DNA of 63,972 nucleotides, the filler included, from Klebsormidium nitens (lineage: Eukaryota; Plantae; Klebsormidiophyceae): assembly GCA_000708835.1 (NCBI GenBank). It is 4 parts of 4 records of this genome, joined end to end, with 100 filler letters (N's around TTAATTAATTAA, not from the genome) between each part and the next. Parts side by side here need not be neighbours in the genome. Positions count along the whole stretch, not along the records: positions 1 to 13,345 come from DF238069.1; 3 more parts are not named here. One strand, 5' to 3'. Both the position numbers and the translations under genes were made by a program. Below, piece after piece: positions 1-13,251 of the stretch; position 1 is the first letter of the stretch; each line of letters opens with the position of its first letter. Below the pieces are notes generated by a model. That model made no database searches. It worked only from the letters and a program-made list of their open reading frames with translations, and was not told the DNA's origin.

Positions 1-651
1 AAGTGAGATAAGTGAGATAAGTTTTTGCTATTTCACGTAGCTTATTACATAGGCATCATGCTTTTTCGCTTCGACTGCATATGTTGAGCGCACCCGACAC
101 GGCACAGCCTCGACTCATCACGGCACGACAGCAATTTGGTGCATGCGATATAGCACTGGGATTGGACATTGGTACTTTTGATGCACAGCGTGACATAACC
201 AAAGCTACATCGACCCGCAAATCACATGGGAGATGCATGACTTTATTGACATGTCTATGGCGTGCTGACATTCAATAGGGAGACTCTACGTGTAAAGGCA
301 ATCTACTGACATTGCCGAAGGGTGGAAGAGCAGTCGCTATATTAGTCTACAGCTACACGGTCGGCTCTAATCTGGACGCCTGCCTTGAAATTTCCGCGTC
401 TTTGCTCTGCCGGAAGGCATCAAGCGAGGGCTCGGAGGTCAAGCTCCTCAGCAGCGGTGCTGTCCGGGAGACTCGCGCTAATACATTCCTTCCACTCGAC
501 GACTCCGCTCTCTGATCCTCGCTATGCAGTGGGTGGTCTACAGTTGGGCCGGTTTGTCGTTGGAAACGACCAGGATACATTACCGAGCCCCCTTTACCAG
601 CCGTCTAACAATCACTCCTATTTCAGTCCCTGACCGCCGCTCCGTGCCGAC

Positions 652-3600
652 TTAGAGCTGGCGTGCGAGGGTGCGGAAGTCGTCCTTGCACTGCGCGAGC
701 ATGGCGGCCTTCTTCTGGAGGGCGTCCCTGTGCGCGCGCATGGCCTCCACCGCGCCCGGCGCCACGAACATGTCCATGAACACGCCGTCCGTGCAAGCGA
801 ACAGCTCCGCCGCCAACGACAGGCCCAGCCGCTCGCGGCTGCAGCCACGCACACGCGGATGATAGACGGTCAGCCACAAGTGCGCAAAACGCGTTGAAAG
901 TAAAGCCGTCCATTAAAATAAGAGGCGAAAGGTGCAAGCAGCGAAGCCCGTCAATGGAAGACCGCAGTGATTTGAGCTGGGTAGGCAGTGCTACCGGCGC
1001 TTGTGAACTTTTTTGTTTTCTGACCGTTGTCATCAACCAACCTGGAGTGCGGTGCCAGCTTGGAGCAAGTTGGGTCTGAAGCAAATCGCGGATCGACAGG
1101 TTTTCGTGGCCCGAAAGCACGCGGCTAGATACTTGGAGACACTTTTTCGAGCCCCAAATCGTGCAAGATGGCCGGAAGAGGCGGGGCTGGCAGGCTGACC
1201 AGGGCGTGAGGAAGCCGGCGTTGAGCGTGGCGGGTACCATTTGGTGCACCACCACCTCGCGGATGCGGCCGAAGTGCTCGCTTGCGGCCGCCCACACGTC
1301 GCCGTACACGCCCTTGGGATACCTGCGGCGGCACAGCGCAGACTCGGAGCATGTTAGAACCAATCCAAGCGACCCTTGACGGGAAGGCTCGCCTTTCGCG
1401 CACGTTCTTTCTTCCTCGGCCACCATCTCTGGAGTTACTGGCTCCCTAACTTTCGATAGAATGGGACTCGATTAGGTGCAGCTTTCGAGCGGCAGTCCCA
1501 TCCCTGGCAAGTATAGACATACTACAGGGATCAAGACGGACTCAAAGCTACTTGCATAGGTAGTGCACTGGTCCGCTCGAGATGCAAGAAATGCTGTATC
1601 AGAGTGCGGCTTACTTTCTGGCCGCGCGCGCCGCGTTCCCCGCGTTGGCGTGCTTCTTGTGCGCGGGCGAGTCGGAGAGCCCGCCGGGGCCGCCCGCCGC
1701 GAGGCTGAGCCGCCCGCTCGCAATGGCGTACTCGCGCTTTTTGTTCAGGGCGGCCGCGTCGTGGGCCGCCTGTAATAGATCGGCGAGACAAGTTGGCATT
1801 GAGGACAAGGGGAGATGGTCCGAGCAGGAATTCAAACGTATCAAGGTCACACCGTAACTCGCATACACTTCATGGAAGATTCAGAGCCACACCCACGATC
1901 ACACTTTGTATCTCAGGCAGATTGGGTAAGAAGCAATTTCTTGGAAAGTCAGAGGCGCTGATACATGTCATTCATGGTGTCTGACCTGCTCAGGGGAGGG
2001 CGTCTCGGGTACGGTGACCTGGCTCTCGCGAAACGGCTCTCGCCCGCTGCCTGAGTGGCCCTTGGGAGAGTGCGCCGTCCGCAGGCGCGTCAGGTGCGAG
2101 AGGGGAGGGGTCGACCGCACGCCTGCGCGCGCGGAAGCACTTCGGTTTAGGAGCAGAAGCAAGATGCAGGTATTTTCCTGGCTAGTGTTGCGTCCGAGTG
2201 TCTGCTCAAACCAGTTCCGCCTTCTCCTTACGATCGCAAGGGCTTTGCTCGGTGTTGGCCGCGCTCGTCGCTTTTTGCGTAAGAAACAATGCAAAATGCA
2301 GTCGTACCCGTGGACCCTAATCAGCGGACTGAGCAATATCCACAAAAATAAACACAAAACAAGGGCCCTTCTTTCCCTTTACTCCTGACTTTTATATCTC
2401 TGAAAGCTTTCGCGAGCGGGACCCCTTTCTGTCTACCAGTTTCTCACAGATTGAGCCATTTCCATGGCCGCTCACCTGCCCCTGGCGGCGGCATGTTCTC
2501 ATCGTCGCTGGTCTCCTCCACGGACCGCCGCCCCGACGACTTGTCCGACAGCACCGAGTCTCCCCCCAGCAGCTTCTCCCGGAACGCGCCCCCCCCCTCC
2601 CCGGAGTAGGCCGCGGCCCCCCCTGGCGCGGTGACGTGCACGCCGAAGGGGCTGGTGGCGGCCTCCAGGTGGTGGCACGCCATGGCGGCGCACTCGGCGC
2701 GGATGGCGTCCAGGAAGCCGTCGAACGCGGCCTTGAGCGCGGCGTGGAACGCGGAGTAGGGGGCCAGGCTCACAGGGCACGCGCCGGCCTCTGCGGTGGG
2801 GCGGCAAAAAGGGGAGTTAGTCAGGGAGCGAGGACGCGCAAGAATCCAGGCTTACGCTACGGGATGATTGGAGCAGCCGCATAGAATGGTGGAAAAAGGA
2901 CTCTGTAAAACGATTCCGGGATGCGTGCCTCCAACTAATACTTCATGCTGGTTTTGTCGTGCCTTGCAGCAAGTATCAGCAGAAAACTGTCGCAAAAAGA
3001 ACAACCCGCCTCCTCCCTGATCGTAGTGCGTGTTGTCAAAAGTGTCACAAGTATGCGCGCACAACTTCTTATGCAAGACTTTTGTTCCTGAAGAGAGTTC
3101 TGTAGGCCACGTTGCCAGCGCGTCCTAAGGGCCATAAGCGCCGTCACTGTATCTGCTCACCCTCCGCGCTGTGCTTGACCATGTCGGCCGCGAGGTCGAA
3201 GAGCGCGCGGATGACGTGCGCGAGGCGGTCGCAGGCCGTCTCCAGGAGCGGCGCCAAGAACGTGCGCGCCGCCGACCGCCCCAGCTCCGCGCCCGCCGCG
3301 GCTATGGCCGCACCGCTGCCGCCGAAGCCGCCCGCTTTGCACAGCAGCAGGTTGGCCACCTGTGGCCCAGCAGAGGACAACTCAGCAGCGGCCGGGGATC
3401 TTCAAACACGACTAGCGCGACCTTTTCGAGCAGAACGGCACGTTGGTACGTTTGTTCTAGCACGCGGTCTCCGCCTCTCGTCTCCGTACCGGACCATTAA
3501 AGGCGCTGACATGAGAACTTTGAAATACAAAATCGTGACAAATCCTCGTTGAGCGAATCCGTAGCGTCTAAAAAGTTGCAAATCAATTATATCGGACTGC

Positions 3601-6600
3601 AGGTACAGTGAAGGGGAAGCAGCATCAGTTCGAGACGGCAGGGAGCGCATGCGCGGTGGTGCTCGCCTTCTCCCGCGACACGGCGGGGCAGTCGAGGCTG
3701 CACGCGGCCGCTCGGAACTCGTCCAGCACCCGCTCGAAGGCGGCGCCGCCGTACAGCCGCAGGCTCGAGTTGCCCGGCTTCACCTCCGCTGTCACTCCGG
3801 GCCACGCCGGCACGCCCGCGCTGCAGACCGGAAACAAGGGGTGGGTCAGGACGGCCAGGTGGCAGCTTTCCCCGTTCAGCTTCCTCGTCGTAAACGTCAT
3901 GAAAGAACATTTTTTGAAGGTCGAGAATGGAATATATGCTGCACTGGCAGAGATCGGTTACGAAAATAGGAGTTGAGCAGAGGGGCATGTCCTATTTGGC
4001 TGCCTGGTGCTTATGCCCCTCGCCATTGCAGGACCTTCAAAGACCTGCTTTTTGCTCATTCGTTGAATCTAGGCTGACGCCTGCTGACTTCGAGAAGCTG
4101 CATAGCCTTTCAGATTTGACGCGGAGCTTCCTTCACAGATGCAAACAAGAACAAAGGCCGCGGTAAGGCCCGTGGCACGACAAAATGGCTGGCAAGCCAA
4201 GAACATACATCTTCGGTCCAGAGACTCGCAGGTTCGAGGCCCCGCTGCTGACCTGGCGGTGGCGCGCCTTTCCTCGTCGGTAGTCCTGCCCCACTCCCCC
4301 GGGTCCGGCCCACACGCCACCCCGGACCCGTCCAGCAGGCTGGTCACGTGCCGCGCCACCTCAGCGGCATGAATCATAGCGGCTCGCCGCAGCGCTGCCA
4401 CGTCAGCAGCCGAGGCGAGGCGCGCGGAAGCACGGGACACCTCGGTGGATAGCTGAGAGCAGCGCCGCTCCAAGAGGGCTAGAGTGGCAGGGGCCGCATC
4501 GCGGTACCTGGATGGACCGGGCGGAACCGAGTCCGTCTACGAAGAGTGGTAACACCCAAACGGGGTTCTTTCGAGTCAGAATCATAGTGAGCGGGGCAGC
4601 CACCTTGACGACCCTCCAAGTAGCTTCAGAAGCGGGATGTTCAAAGGTGATGGTCTCGGTGAAAAGAATCTGCAGAAGTCCTCGCTAAGATGGGGCTCGC
4701 CAACGACACAAGGGATGCCGGTCTCTCACAGCCGCTACTCCCTTCGCTCGCTGGGATTGAGGAGTAGGTGAAACGCAGTCATAGCTTTTGAGGCTCTGAA
4801 AGATCCTCAAGCTTCTACCTTAAACGTTTGAGAGACTCTGCGCCGAATCTGTACTTTGATGAAAGCGATCAGCAACACCTCCGATTGCTATGTTGACCGA
4901 GAAGAAACACCGGACAGTAAATGAGCAGCAGCATTGGACATCTCGCCCTTCTCGGAAGCTTCGTTCAGTATGCCCGTTTCTTTACTCAATGTCGCTGCCG
5001 TTGCCGGCAGGTAAGTGCGCAGGAGCGTGCGAGGCGGCGCACCTCTTTTGCAGCTCGAGCTCGAGAAAGTGCCGTAGGTTGCAGAAGCCAACACGTGCGC
5101 CATACTTGTCCTCGTCGAAGCCGCCAGCGATGCCCTCTCGAAGCTGCTTCAGAATCTGGAAGGCGACATACACAAGTCAAAGACGCTGCTGGATGTCTAT
5201 CGCTCCTTCCTCCGGGATACTGCAATGCAGCACAGGCGAAATGCTGCATCCCGCTGTTCTTGACGAACATCATCCTGCCACTGTAACCTGGTAGAAGGCC
5301 CGCCATAGAGATCACACCCAGGACCTCTATCAAATGCAAGCATCCATACAGCTGACTCTTCTACCAATGCCTGCTTCCCCTTCTTGTCAGCCCGCAAGCG
5401 ACGTGTGCGCTCACCTGTTTGTCGGTTGCCGCAATCTTGTGTCGGAAGTCCTCTGCTGTTTCTGTGGCTAGAGCATGCGTGCCCCGCTCGCCTTTGGGCA
5501 GCGCCACGAAGAAGGGCCGGGCCGTCTCGCCCAGGAAGCCAGACGCGCTCAGATAGCGGTCCACCTGGCACGAGCAGACTGAGCTGAGTGCACACACAAG
5601 CTGTTTTCATGGGCGGCCTTAGGTCAACCTATTGTACCGCCCATCTTGAGGCGGTTAGTATAGTGCAGGAGGAGAGGTCTTTGGAACGGGTCGAAGATGA
5701 AACAATCCTTACCTCTGGGGACAAGCGGTGGCAACAGCTTGCTTCTGATACTGCTTGACTCGCTGTTGCCACTTGCTCTTCCCGTGACCCAGCCTTCCTT
5801 ACGGGTGTGCACCCTCTTCTTTGCATTTATATTGAGGGCCCTCTGTCTGCTTTAAGACACCCACTAAACAACAGGAGAGACAGCCCTGTTGCTGAATCAC
5901 ATTTCACATAACAGCACAAGGCTCACCTCCCAGCGTTCGGCAAACTCCTTGAGGCGGTTGTCAAACTTGGAGGCGACGATGACGGTGCGCTTGAGGCCGG
6001 GGTCCACCTCCTGCGCCACCTTGAGCCACAGGCTGCTGCACCACTCCACGCTGCTTTGCTGCGCGCACACCAGGGGAAACATGCTCACACCACACCGCCA
6101 AAGCACGCCATGCCACTCACTGCCCGCTCAGTCGCAACAGCATGTGACTGGTCCCTTGCAGAACGTCCCGCCCTTCCACAAAGAGCCTCTCGAATGTTGC
6201 TGCATCAGATGGTTTCTAGCTTGCCAATAACCCATCAACTCAGGCCGTCCATGATTCCCACATTGAAGACTTTCCCACAGGAATTTCCCACAGGAAGTGT
6301 TTCTTTGTATTTCTTGAAAAGGACCCACCAACCACAACATGCAGAATCGTGCATCTTTACGTGCACGCACCTGGAGGAAAAGGATGAGGCGGTTGGGCTT
6401 GCCCGCCAGTTCCTTGACCATCGCCTGAATGGCCTCCGGCGTGTTTTCCGGCTCCCCTTTCTTGGCCTGCACCGCGGTCCATGGGTCACCTCAGAAAGCA
6501 GCACACCAGATTGTGGGCTCCAAGAGCAACTTCTTGCAACCTGTTTGTCTTGCTATGAGCCTAAAAAGGTCCACAGGATGGCATTGGTTCATACAAGTTT

Positions 6601-7962
6601 CTTCCATCCACTGAGCAGTGGAGACCAGTCAGTGCGCCGTACCTGGAGAACAAAGCCGGGGGTGTCGATGATGGTGAGGTTGGGGCAGTACGCGTACTGG
6701 GCCTTGAGCACAATGGGCTTGGCGCTCACCGCGCACTTCACCTGCACACTCAATGAGCAGCCTCAGAAATGTAGGCCAACCTGCTCTCGGTAGCTGATGC
6801 TACAGATTGTTCTAGGTAGTTCTTTGCGTAGCCCTGCGTCTGAACGTATAAGATGCTTCAATGTGGCTGCACAGCAGTGCGTGTTTGCTCTTGTGCTCAG
6901 TTCAGTACCTTCTTGAGGTGCTCTTCCGTGCGTGCTCGGATTGCTTCCGCCACAGCGGAGGCAGGAGAGATCTCCGGGCCGTACTCGTCGCTGTCCTCGT
7001 CCTGTGCAGAAGAATTACGCCCATGAAAAAGCTTTCTCACAATTTCCATATGGAAGTGGAGCTGCCATAAGCAAACGCAGGCAGCTGCATCTAGCAGAGA
7101 AGGGTTGCTCGACATGTTGCACCCGGTTCAATCTCTGGTCAAACCAAGAGGCGGTTTTGCCGCAGCGTGCAGCGTACCTGCAGTGCACACCGCGGTTCCA
7201 GTGCTGTGGGGTCGTGGGTCATCTGGACCATCAGGGGCCGCCGCGTGCCCATCTCAACCTGCACAACTTTCGTTGTTGTCAAGGATGCAACTACCAATAC
7301 GGCCACCCACGAACTCCTCGTAACTTGCACAAAAGGTGAATAACAGACATGCAGAGAGGTCCTATGAGAGTACTTCAGCTAGCCTCCTAAGTCATGAGAA
7401 GTGACTGACCTCTCGCACATTGAAGCGGAACCCCAAGAGCGCCTCCAGCAAGGAGCTCTTGCCGTCAGACTGCCCCCCAATGGCCACGATCTCAGGGATT
7501 GGAAGTTCCTCCTGACACATGAGTAAGCGGATAAACGCATTAGCTATTTGGAAAGCACCTAAGACTGGGTTTTGGACTCAACAAAAGGGCCCCAGTATTG
7601 GCTGCTGCCAGGAAGGCACTTCAATGGGTCAAGTTGGCGGCCCAGATTTTGCATCCAAATGCTCTCAATGAGCAACTGGTTTGCAAAATGTCTGCTCAAG
7701 AAGACAGCAGTCATGTTAGCTTGCAACAAGCACATGGGGCACAGGCTTTGCCGCAGACAGCTTCCATTAAACGCTTAGACCCTCAGCTTCTTGCATTCAA
7801 GAGACGAAGAGAAGCAGAGCTGCTCACCCCAAACGCCACAGCACTGGCCTGCAGCTTTGAGTATGCTTCATATCGCGCCTTGCTGTCCTCGTTTGCAAAA
7901 GGGTCCATGTTCAGCGTGCCCATCGTCCTCCTGCGCTGCTTTCCAGTGTCTGTGCGGTCCAT
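652..7962 (-). CDS. DRP5A: Dynamin-related protein 5A (cytokinesis-type DRP5), 17 exons, ~841 aa
   Basis: Exons assembled on the minus strand: 7962-7828, 7511-7410, 7258-7178, 7001-6909, 6741-6643, 6466-6371, 6058-5927, 5564-5415, 5155-5043, 4507-4253, 3820-3667, 3359-3161, 2790-2476, 2122-1986, 1769-1615, 1322-1200, 838-652. Total is 2526 nt with consistent phases. Motifs: G1 GGQSDGKSS, EMGTRRP, G3 DTPG, SKFD, and plant DRP5A-typical RLYGGAAFERV, VPETPSP and C-terminal FMDMFVAPGA. The start ATG at 7962 is the least certain part. Confidence 0.93.
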
Positions 7963-8709
7963 GTATTGGAGCAGCCACTGATTGGGGCCCAGAGACTTCT
8001 TTGACAGTATGGTCAATGGGAGCAATGCTTAATTGCGAAACAACGCTGTCTATTTGCCATCCGCTGTTGGGCCACTGCTCACAGCTATCCAGACCATACT
8101 TAGAGTCACTGGGAAGCAATCCTTACCATTCCTGATCAAACTCTGGGCTGCATAGATGCCCAACCCTTACTCCTCTTCTCTGAATCCTCATAGATTTGGC
8201 AAACACCGCTCGAGCAAGCGCTGTAAGTATTCCTCACAACTCAATTAATGTCAGCCAACTACCTCTCTTGAGTCATTCTTCGCCTTTGTAATGGCCTAGC
8301 ACTTTTCCTTCACCTGCTTGAAGCTTCTGCAAGCAAGCAAGGGCTAGCGCAGTCAAGTGTGATGTGCCTTTTCGATTTGCTTTGTCCTGATCAACAGGAA
8401 TTCATTGTTCAGGACGCGTATCAGCAAATCAAAGTTGAATTCGTATTTCGAAGTTTGTTGTTCCTGATTTCAGATCGGACGGCGACGATTGGCTACGAGG
8501 GTGGATCGAACGATGCCAAGGTTTCAAAAGCAGGGGCCTATCATCGCCTATGACAAGCGCTGCAGATGTTACCGTATGGTTATATTAAATGCACATAGCA
8601 TATGATGTTTTGGGGTCTTTTTTTTTTTTTTTTGAGTGTATAACCTGAGCATACCGAGCTCATCAGCTGGAGCATCGGGACTGCTATACGCGTTACCGCG
8701 ATGGCGAGT

Positions 8710-10296
8710 TTAGGAAAGTCGTCGTCGTTTGGAGCGTGGGCGGCGAAGGAGCCAACCTGCTTCGAGAAGGGAGGAAAACGTGGGCCGAGTCACAAAAGCG
8801 GGGGGCATAGTGACAAGGCCAATAGGAGGGTCAACAGGAGGGTCAGGTGGACGAGGCGGGGGTTTAGGAGGGGGCCGATCTGAGGGGACATAGTTGTGGC
8901 GTATATAAGAAGGGGGCCGGCGTGCACGTTTGGGTCTCATAGGGGGAGTCTGACTTGCTGCGGCGGAAGCTGGGGGGTGCAGTAGAGCGTTTAGGAGCGA
9001 AGAACATGTACGCACATTTGTGGCCAAATCCAATAGAAGGGTATCATAATGATTGCCAGAGTGCAAAAGGTGTAAAGCACCAGATTGAACCGTTTGAGGG
9101 CAGAAATTCAAACGAAAACCATGTGTCTGCGTTTGGGCGGACCAGATAAGCAAGGGACGATTGTGAATAACAGCAATAGCATGGGCTTCAAGGTCGGAAC
9201 CCCAAGGAAGAGGCTGACAGGAGGTCATCCAATCGTAATAGGCTGCCGCTGAGGAGAAGCGGTTGACAGTGGCCGAGGCGATGGATGTATTGCGCTTGAT
9301 CCTCATATAGTGGCCAATGTGAAGCAACATAAGCGGCAGCTTGAACCCGAAGGGCGACATGATCGACAGCAGGTAGATCAAGTGCAACTGAAAGCGCATG
9401 GAATAAGCAATTGCCATCACCTGGGACAGGGTGAATTGTAAAAGTGGCTGGAAAGTCCTGAGAAGCGGATTGAAAGAGAACAACAGAAGACGTACGAGGC
9501 TGAGGTGGTGAGGAAAGCTGAATTAGGCGGTCTGCAGAGGCACAAGCGGTGGGTGGTCGTGAAATAGCTGAAGGCGGTCGGGGATTTGATGGTTGTGAAG
9601 GCAAGGGGTGGGGAAAAGTGGGTCTGTGCAGAGACGAATCAGGTATAAGTACTGTGCATGAAGCTGAACCACCGACTGGGGGGGAGTAAAGTGCAGAGCG
9701 GCGAACAGCAACGGCCTCCGCATATTGAACGTAATCATCGTTGGTCATTTGATCAAGAGGCTTGGGGTTTGAGAACAGTCGCATGCGATCGCGGAAGAGT
9801 AGATGGCTAGAGCGGAGGTGATCGCAGCGAACCAACCAGAGAGTGTGAAAACCGGACAGAAGAGAGAGATGTAACTTTTGTCCAAGTTTAATGGCGTGTT
9901 GTGTGTCGAGACATGATTCTAAAACGTCGCGGAGAGAGAGAGGGATCTGAGCAGCTGAACGAAGTCGAAGTGTGAGCATCGATAGAGAACGATCATGCTG
10001 GAATCCTGTAAAAGGGAAATATCAAGCCAAAGAGAACGAACAATCGCAGAAGGCAATGAGAACTTGGAAAAAATGGAATCAAAGACACAAGCAAGCATAG
10101 CCGAACGATGAGAGTTGAGGAAAGAACATTGGAAGAAAAGATGCTCAATGGTTTCGCGTTCAGAGCTCTGACAAAGAGCGCAGGACACATCCGGATAGAG
10201 GCGCGGTCGAACTTTATTCAAGCGATGAAACGTGGGAAGAGTACGACCGATAATTTGAACCAGAAACTTCCGAAATAAGTTGTGATTGTGGGACAT
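8710..10296 (-). pseudogene. LINE C-terminal region: CCHC zinc finger followed by OTU-family cysteine protease and Pro/Arg-rich tail
   Basis: LPT..RL..LYP..CALC...ETIEHLFFQC (ORF 9919-10296). LWLVRC and PGDGNCLFHALS lie in one ORF (9188-9979). WGSDLEAHAI and SGNHYDT lie in ORF 8710-9483. Confidence 0.85.
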
Positions 10297-11030
10297 CAGG
10301 ACACTGGACGATGGGCCAAGCCAGATGGTTGGCTGTACAATCGAGTGTGCCAGGTACTCGAAAAGGTGTAGCGATGAGCAGGATGAGCAAGGATGGATTT
10401 GAGTAACTTGGATGGAGCAACATCCAGATGAATGTTAATCGGAGGAGATACGAACGACATAGTAACAATGTTAGACGGTGCGGCGGATGCTGGATACAAT
10501 GGCTCGGCAAGGCGAAAAAGAGCGGGCGGACGGAACGTAAGCTCGTCCGGAAGGAGAAAACGACAGGCAGTGAGGCTGCTTTTCGCAGGCGGATCAGCCA
10601 ATCGGTTGAACTCCTGATGAAGTGCAGCCCCACGTAGGGAAGCAAGGTCGAATGTCAGTGGGCAGTGATCCCGCTCATGGGCTTTGACGTGGCATAAAGT
10701 TGTGGGAGCAACCCGCGTGCGGATCTCATGAAGTATGCGAAGAATCAACGACCGATCCGAAAGACGGAAGAGACGCGATTGTAGAACTGGAGTGGTTAAA
10801 AGCCGATTGACTTGATCAACCAAAGACAGTCGATCACAGTGAATGGTTAGGGAAATATCGGGTCTGGTAAGTAGAAGGGCACCCAGAACGGCAAAACCCT
10901 CAGCGCGGCTAATGCTTTGCTCGCCAGGTGTGCGGGAGCGGAAGGTACAAGCAACGGTTGTGGATGATTGATCTGCGTTCAGACAATGCTGAATCCAACA
11001 CGTTGGCTGGTCTCAAGAGCGCTCCCATCG
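10296..11030 (-). pseudogene. RNase H domain of the LINE (frameshifted)
   Basis: AYTDGS (ORF 10979-11602), then in a shifted frame PGEQSISRAEGFAVL, IHCD, HVKAH and FNRLAD. This is the D-E-D-H-D pattern of RNase H1. Confidence 0.85.
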
Positions 11031-11652
11031 GTATATGCCACAGGATGGCCGAGGGAATGTTTGCGGACACGACCCCAGAAGAGTGGGGTTTCAGAGCAGT
11101 CTGTTGCAGGGTATAGTGTATGGGCTCGAAGAAGAACGTCCTCAAGAAAGAGGTTGACCAGTGTTGCAAGTAAGCGGGTTTGAGGTTTTGTGAGACGTAA
11201 TTGTGTGCGTATTCCGGCGCGCAGAATGTGTTTCCAAGCGGAGGAATTCCGATCGCTGAACTGGCTGATGACACGCAATGGAGGAACAATCTGGCGGCCC
11301 TTTTGCAATTCCCAGGGTTCGACCGGGCCAGAAGGATGATTGGTTGCAAAGTGAGTCAATGGTATCATTACCGAAAAGGGGAGAAATGTCGTCCAGAGAA
11401 GATACCTGAGGTGCAGAAAGAACTTTGGGGAGAAGAGTACCGAGAGTGAGGGTGGAAAAACCGGCCGAGGTAAGAAGCGGGCCATGAGTGTCGAGAATGG
11501 AAGGAATGATCCTGGAAAGGGAGCGCTCGGTTGCAGAGGGTATGGACGCAAGCTGTAAATCCAAGCTGGCGGTAAGATGGTGTAACGTGGGGCGGATGGC
11601 ACGGAACAACATTGGTAAGCGTGTGTCTCTGCGACGAATTTGTAATCCTCGA

Positions 11653-13251
11653 CTACTGAAAGGGCAAGCGCCTGAGACTCGGAGGACTGTACCGAAGATG
11701 CGAGTAAGCAATAGTTGTGGTTATGCGACAGGGTTCGTCCACGGAATCAAATAAAGAAATAAGAAAGTCTGTGCGCACAGTACGTTGCAGATTGGTGACA
11801 TTGAGGAGACCCTGACTGATGAGAAGGTCTGTTGGAGTGGAGGAGGCGAGTTTAGCCAAGGCTTTAACTGTGTGTGCTAAAATGGTCTGGAATTTTTTCA
11901 GATACTTCTTGGGGAAAGTGATCAGGTACATACGATAGCGCAGAACAGATGCCACATCTGAGTTTGTGTAAAGAACAGCTTCCGCAAGGGATATGTTGTG
12001 CCGTTGTCGAGCCAGCAATTGCTGGCTGGCGTGATGGAGACGATCAACAACATCATGATACTGATAGGTATAAGTAAGTGCCATGTTCACATGGAAGCCA
12101 AGGTATTTGTAGGGTGTTGTGCGGGATAGAAGAGGTATTTGGCCCCACGAAGTGAACAGGGGAGGCGGTCGATACAGAGGATTTGGATCGTGAAACTGGT
12201 AACCACATTTGAGGGGTGCAAGCGCCATATGATAGTACAGGAGGAAAGTTTCAAGCATTTTCAGAATACGAGCAACATGTGTATGTTGATGCGCAATGAG
12301 AGCGAGGTCGTCAGCATAGCCATTTGCGGGAATGCGTGATTGTTGTCGTAAGGGCGACCAATGATGATTGACGGTGAGATATCCAAGATTTTCACTGCGA
12401 AGCCAGATAAAAAACATGTTGAGAACGAGCGTGAACATGGTGGGACTAAAGCAGTCCCCTTCGTGAACGCCCATTGTTTTCCCGTAAGGTGCAGAGAGAC
12501 CGGTTGGACCTCGTGCAGTAATGGTAAAGTCGTTTTGAGTCTCAAGTATGAAATCCAGAAAAGGCCCATCCAAACCGATGCACTGAAGGGCGTCGGCAAA
12601 CGCTCGGTAGGGGACGCTAGGAAAGGCCCCCTTGATATCAGTGTAGACCACATGAATGGGTGCGTCATGTTGGCGTGCGTGCGAGATGAGGTTGAATAAA
12701 ACAGCGGCCTTGTGTGCAGCATGAACGCCTTTGCGATTGGCGCCTTGGTTACAATCCAGGCCCGCCGTATCAGCAAGTGCTTGTTGGAGACGTCCATTGA
12801 GAATCCCGGTGAGAATCTTGAAGAAGCAACTAAGAAGACTGATACCACGGTAGTTGCGGTATTCCAATGGGTCGCCGGATTTATGGATGAATATCAGAAG
12901 GGCGGCCTTCATCTTTTGAGGCAATTTCTTCCGGCTGAGTAAAATGTTGAGAAAGCGAAGGAGTATGCTTTGAATGTTTAGGTCGATAAGGTTCGTATCA
13001 TAGCACAAAAAACGGAGAACGTTGTACTGAACACCATCAAGGCCAGGAGAACTACGACTTTTGTTGAAGAGAATTTTGGAGATCAAATGTTGAGATAGGA
13101 GCCATAATAGCCGTTTCACGGCTTTTGAGTTCGGCGCGAAGAGACGCCCAGATGGCTGGCTGTAACCAGGGGGCAGACGCAGGATCCTTAGGCTGTGCGA
13201 TGGGCATTGTGCTGGGTTTTGCGGCTGCCGCGGAGGAGCCCGAAAGGTCAT
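11653..13251 (-). pseudogene. Reverse transcriptase domain of the LINE
   Basis: Motifs SPGLDG, IFIHKSGD, NYRGISLLS, TDIKGAFPSV, GVHEGDCFSP, GYADDL and YKYLG. The upstream PISTFDLQNSL segment lies in another frame (ORF 13052-13300), so there is a frameshift near 13060. Confidence 0.93.

Noticed and set aside
4226-4248. GGTTCGAGGCCC resembling a tRNA T-arm / B-box
   Set aside because: No cloverleaf or convincing A-box can be built, and it lies in a DRP5A intron.
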